Shown here: one piece after another, positions 62,283-64,000 of the stretch
Position numbering within the stretch: position 1 is the stretch's first letter
How the letters are laid out: each line of letters starts with the position of its first letter
NCBI GenBank assembly: GCA_963703315.1
Contig: OY969811.1
Span: 2,720,001-2,784,000 of the forward strand
Source of the DNA: an uncultured cyanobacterium
GTDB taxonomy: Bacteria > Cyanobacteriota > Cyanobacteriia > Pseudanabaenales > Pseudanabaenaceae
Reading direction: 5' to 3'
DNA: 64,000 nucleotides
Made by a program: the position numbers and the translations under genes
Notes under the pieces: generated by a model
Databases searched by the model: none
What the model was told of the DNA's origin: nothing
The model's input: only the letters and a program-made list of their open reading frames with translations

Positions 62283-63266
62283 ATGAGTGTAATTACTAAT
62301 AATCTAAAATATGTAATGCTGAGCCTGTTGGGGGTGATTGTGGCGATCGCCTTGACTAATTGCACTCCCCAAACAGCCATACCATTACGCATTGGGGCAA
62401 ATCTTTGGACGGGATATGAGACTTTATATCTAGCACGAGACTTGGGCTACTATAACGACAAACCGATCCGTTTAGTTGATTATCCTTCAGGAACAGAAGA
62501 AGTCCGCGCCTATCGCAATAAAGAAATTGAAGGAGCAGGACTATCAATCGATCAAGCCTTAGTCCTTGCTGCGACTCAAGAAAATATTCGGATTGTCGCA
62601 ATTATGGATGTGTCCAATGGCGGTGATGTGATTTTAGGTAAGCCAGAATTCACCGACATGAAAGCCCTCAAAGGTAAGCGGGTGGGTGTGGAAGCAACTT
62701 CTCTCGGCGCTTTCTTCATTGCCCGTGCTTTGGAAAAGAATGACATGACCACCAAGGATATTCAGATCGTATCTTTGGAATTGACAGAACATGAACGTGC
62801 TTACAAGGAAGGGAAAGTAGATGCGGTGGTTACTTTTGGTCCTGCGCGAACCAATCTATTAGCGGCTGGCGCAAAACTGTTATTTGATAGTAGTCAGATT
62901 CCTGGGGAAATTGTGGATACATTGGCGGTAAGTACAGAGGCGATCGCTAACTCTCCCGAAACAATTCAAGCCTTAGTGAATGGTCGATTTCGCGCCCTAG
63001 ACTATTTCGAGAAAAACCCTCAAGATGCCGCAGTACGAATGGCAAAGCGAACCAAGGTCAGCCCTGAGCAAATCCTCAATGCTTTTAAAGGACTCAGTCA
63101 ACCAAATTTACAAGAAAATCAGAAATTGCTTGATAAAAGCGATCCATCTCTGATCAATGGCATGACCAAACTAGTAAAAATTATGGTTGACAACAAATTA
63201 CTACCCAAAACCATTGATCCTGCTAGTATTCTAGATGATCGCTTTATTAAGAACGCTAAGATTTAA
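62283..63266 (+). CDS. NitT/TauT (SsuA-like) ABC-type substrate-binding lipoprotein
   Basis: Signal/lipobox ALTNC, WTGYETLYLA, DVSNGGD, LKGKRVG, FDSSQIPGEIVD. Confidence 0.88.
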   Translation: MSVITNNLKYVMLSLLGVIVAIALTNCTPQTAIPLRIGANLWTGYETLYLARDLGYYNDKPIRLVDYPSGTEEVRAYRNKEIEGAGLSIDQALVLAATQENIRIVAIMDVSNGGDVILGKPEFTDMKALKGKRVGVEATSLGAFFIARALEKNDMTTKDIQIVSLELTEHERAYKEGKVDAVVTFGPARTNLLAAGAKLLFDSSQIPGEIVDTLAVSTEAIANSPETIQALVNGRFRALDYFEKNPQDAAVRMAKRTKVSPEQILNAFKGLSQPNLQENQKLLDKSDPSLINGMTKLVKIMVDNKLLPKTIDPASILDDRFIKNAKI

Positions 63267-63277
63267 GTATTTGCCCA

Positions 63278-64000
63278 ATGGTTTCCATGAAAAGATTGTC
63301 AGGTTTTCCGATCTCCTTAAGAATTTCAATTCCTGCGATTTTAATTTTTTGTGGGGGATTATTGGGCTTGACTTCTTTTAATCAGGAAATTAATGAGGCT
63401 TATCAAAAGACAGAAATTAACACCAAAAATTATGTCCAAATTTCCGCAGGACAGACCTCTAGAATCTTAGATTATTTATATCGGCGCACCAATATTGAAG
63501 AAGCTGAAATCACAATTATTAGTCAACTCGGCAGCGATCCCAATCTTAATTTGGTGATGTTAATTGACGATCGCGATATTGTACATCTCTCCAATCGTTA
63601 TGAATTGCGCGATGAACCAATTACTAAAACGGCAGGTGCGCCCTATGTCGAAAAATTTGGAGCGGTACGCAAAAATCTATCGGGAGATGTGCTGATATCG
63701 GCGGATCGGTCAAAACTAATTGCGATGTATCCGATTATTTTGCCAGTGCCGCGCAATGAGCTTCAGTCTTCAAAAGTGGGAGTTTTATTCTTTGAATATG
63801 ACTTAACCCGCGCTAAACAGATTGCTTTTAATGATGCTTTAAAGCGATCGCTCTTTTTTAGTGGCAGTTTAGCGATCTTCTGCATAGGGATTTGGGTTTT
63901 CTTTGAACTCACACTGACAAGGCGAGCCTCGCGTTTAGTGGCGGCAAGTAATAGCCTTGCAGAAGGAAAACTAGACAAACGCGCTGGACTAACAGGCTCA
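63278..64000 (+). CDS. 5' part of a membrane sensor (TM-periplasmic-TM-HAMP); runs off the window end
   Basis: Manual translation MVSMKRLSGFPISLRISIPAILIFCGGLLGL...SLFFSGSLAIFCIGIWVFFELTLTRRASRLVAASNSLAEGKLDKRAGL (HAMP start). Confidence 0.8.
   Translation, partial: MVSMKRLSGFPISLRISIPAILIFCGGLLGLTSFNQEINEAYQKTEINTKNYVQISAGQTSRILDYLYRRTNIEEAEITIISQLGSDPNLNLVMLIDDRDIVHLSNRYELRDEPITKTAGAPYVEKFGAVRKNLSGDVLISADRSKLIAMYPIILPVPRNELQSSKVGVLFFEYDLTRAKQIAFNDALKRSLFFSGSLAIFCIGIWVFFELTLTRRASRLVAASNSLAEGKLDKRAGLTGS

Noticed and set aside
2463..63978. Many 60-140 aa antisense or off-frame ORFs in the ORF track
   Set aside because: They lie within well-supported genes on the opposite strand or frame and show no independent motifs.
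1..64000. rRNA, tRNA, prophage or integron integrase genes
   Set aside because: None recognised by eye; no tyrosine recombinase ORF is present in the track.

Overview
64 kb of a cyanobacterial chromosome. The dense HIP1 octamer GCGATCGC, chlD, argZ, glbN and Uma2 genes support this, and the gene content and repeat style suggest a Pseudanabaena-like strain (inference). There are three zones. (1) 1-10.3 kb and 28-38.3 kb: housekeeping and metabolic genes (argZ, moaA, ilvE, ribBA, moeB, comF, glmS, chlD), a Crp/Fnr-glbN-ric nitrosative-stress module, many palindromic intergenic repeats and two copies of a 150-bp MITE. A c-di-GMP-I (GEMM) riboswitch-like RNA at about 4.7-4.9 kb has its own promoter and terminator but no downstream gene. 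(2) 10.4-28.1 kb: an accessory region opened by an IS1-family element. Small foreign-looking genes (HEPN-like, HNH, TA remnants, DUF1993, AAC(3)-I, MerR/TSUP, LysE, Uma2) are separated by about 10 co-oriented modular repeats built from two 22-25 nt units bracketed by HIP1 sites. At least three canonical integron attC sites are present with no integrase in the window, and several genes break exactly at the HIP1-bracketed repeats. This HIP1-repeat/attC cassette array is the best candidate for an undescribed gene-capture system. (3) 38.5-64 kb: a large two-component/c-di-GMP signalling cluster (hybrid kinases, response regulators, a DGC, an EAL PDE, a solute-binding protein plus HAMP sensor). One kinase is cut by an ISAs1 element inserted at a double HIP1 site. 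All calls are by eye from sequence and ORF translations; no database searches were run.
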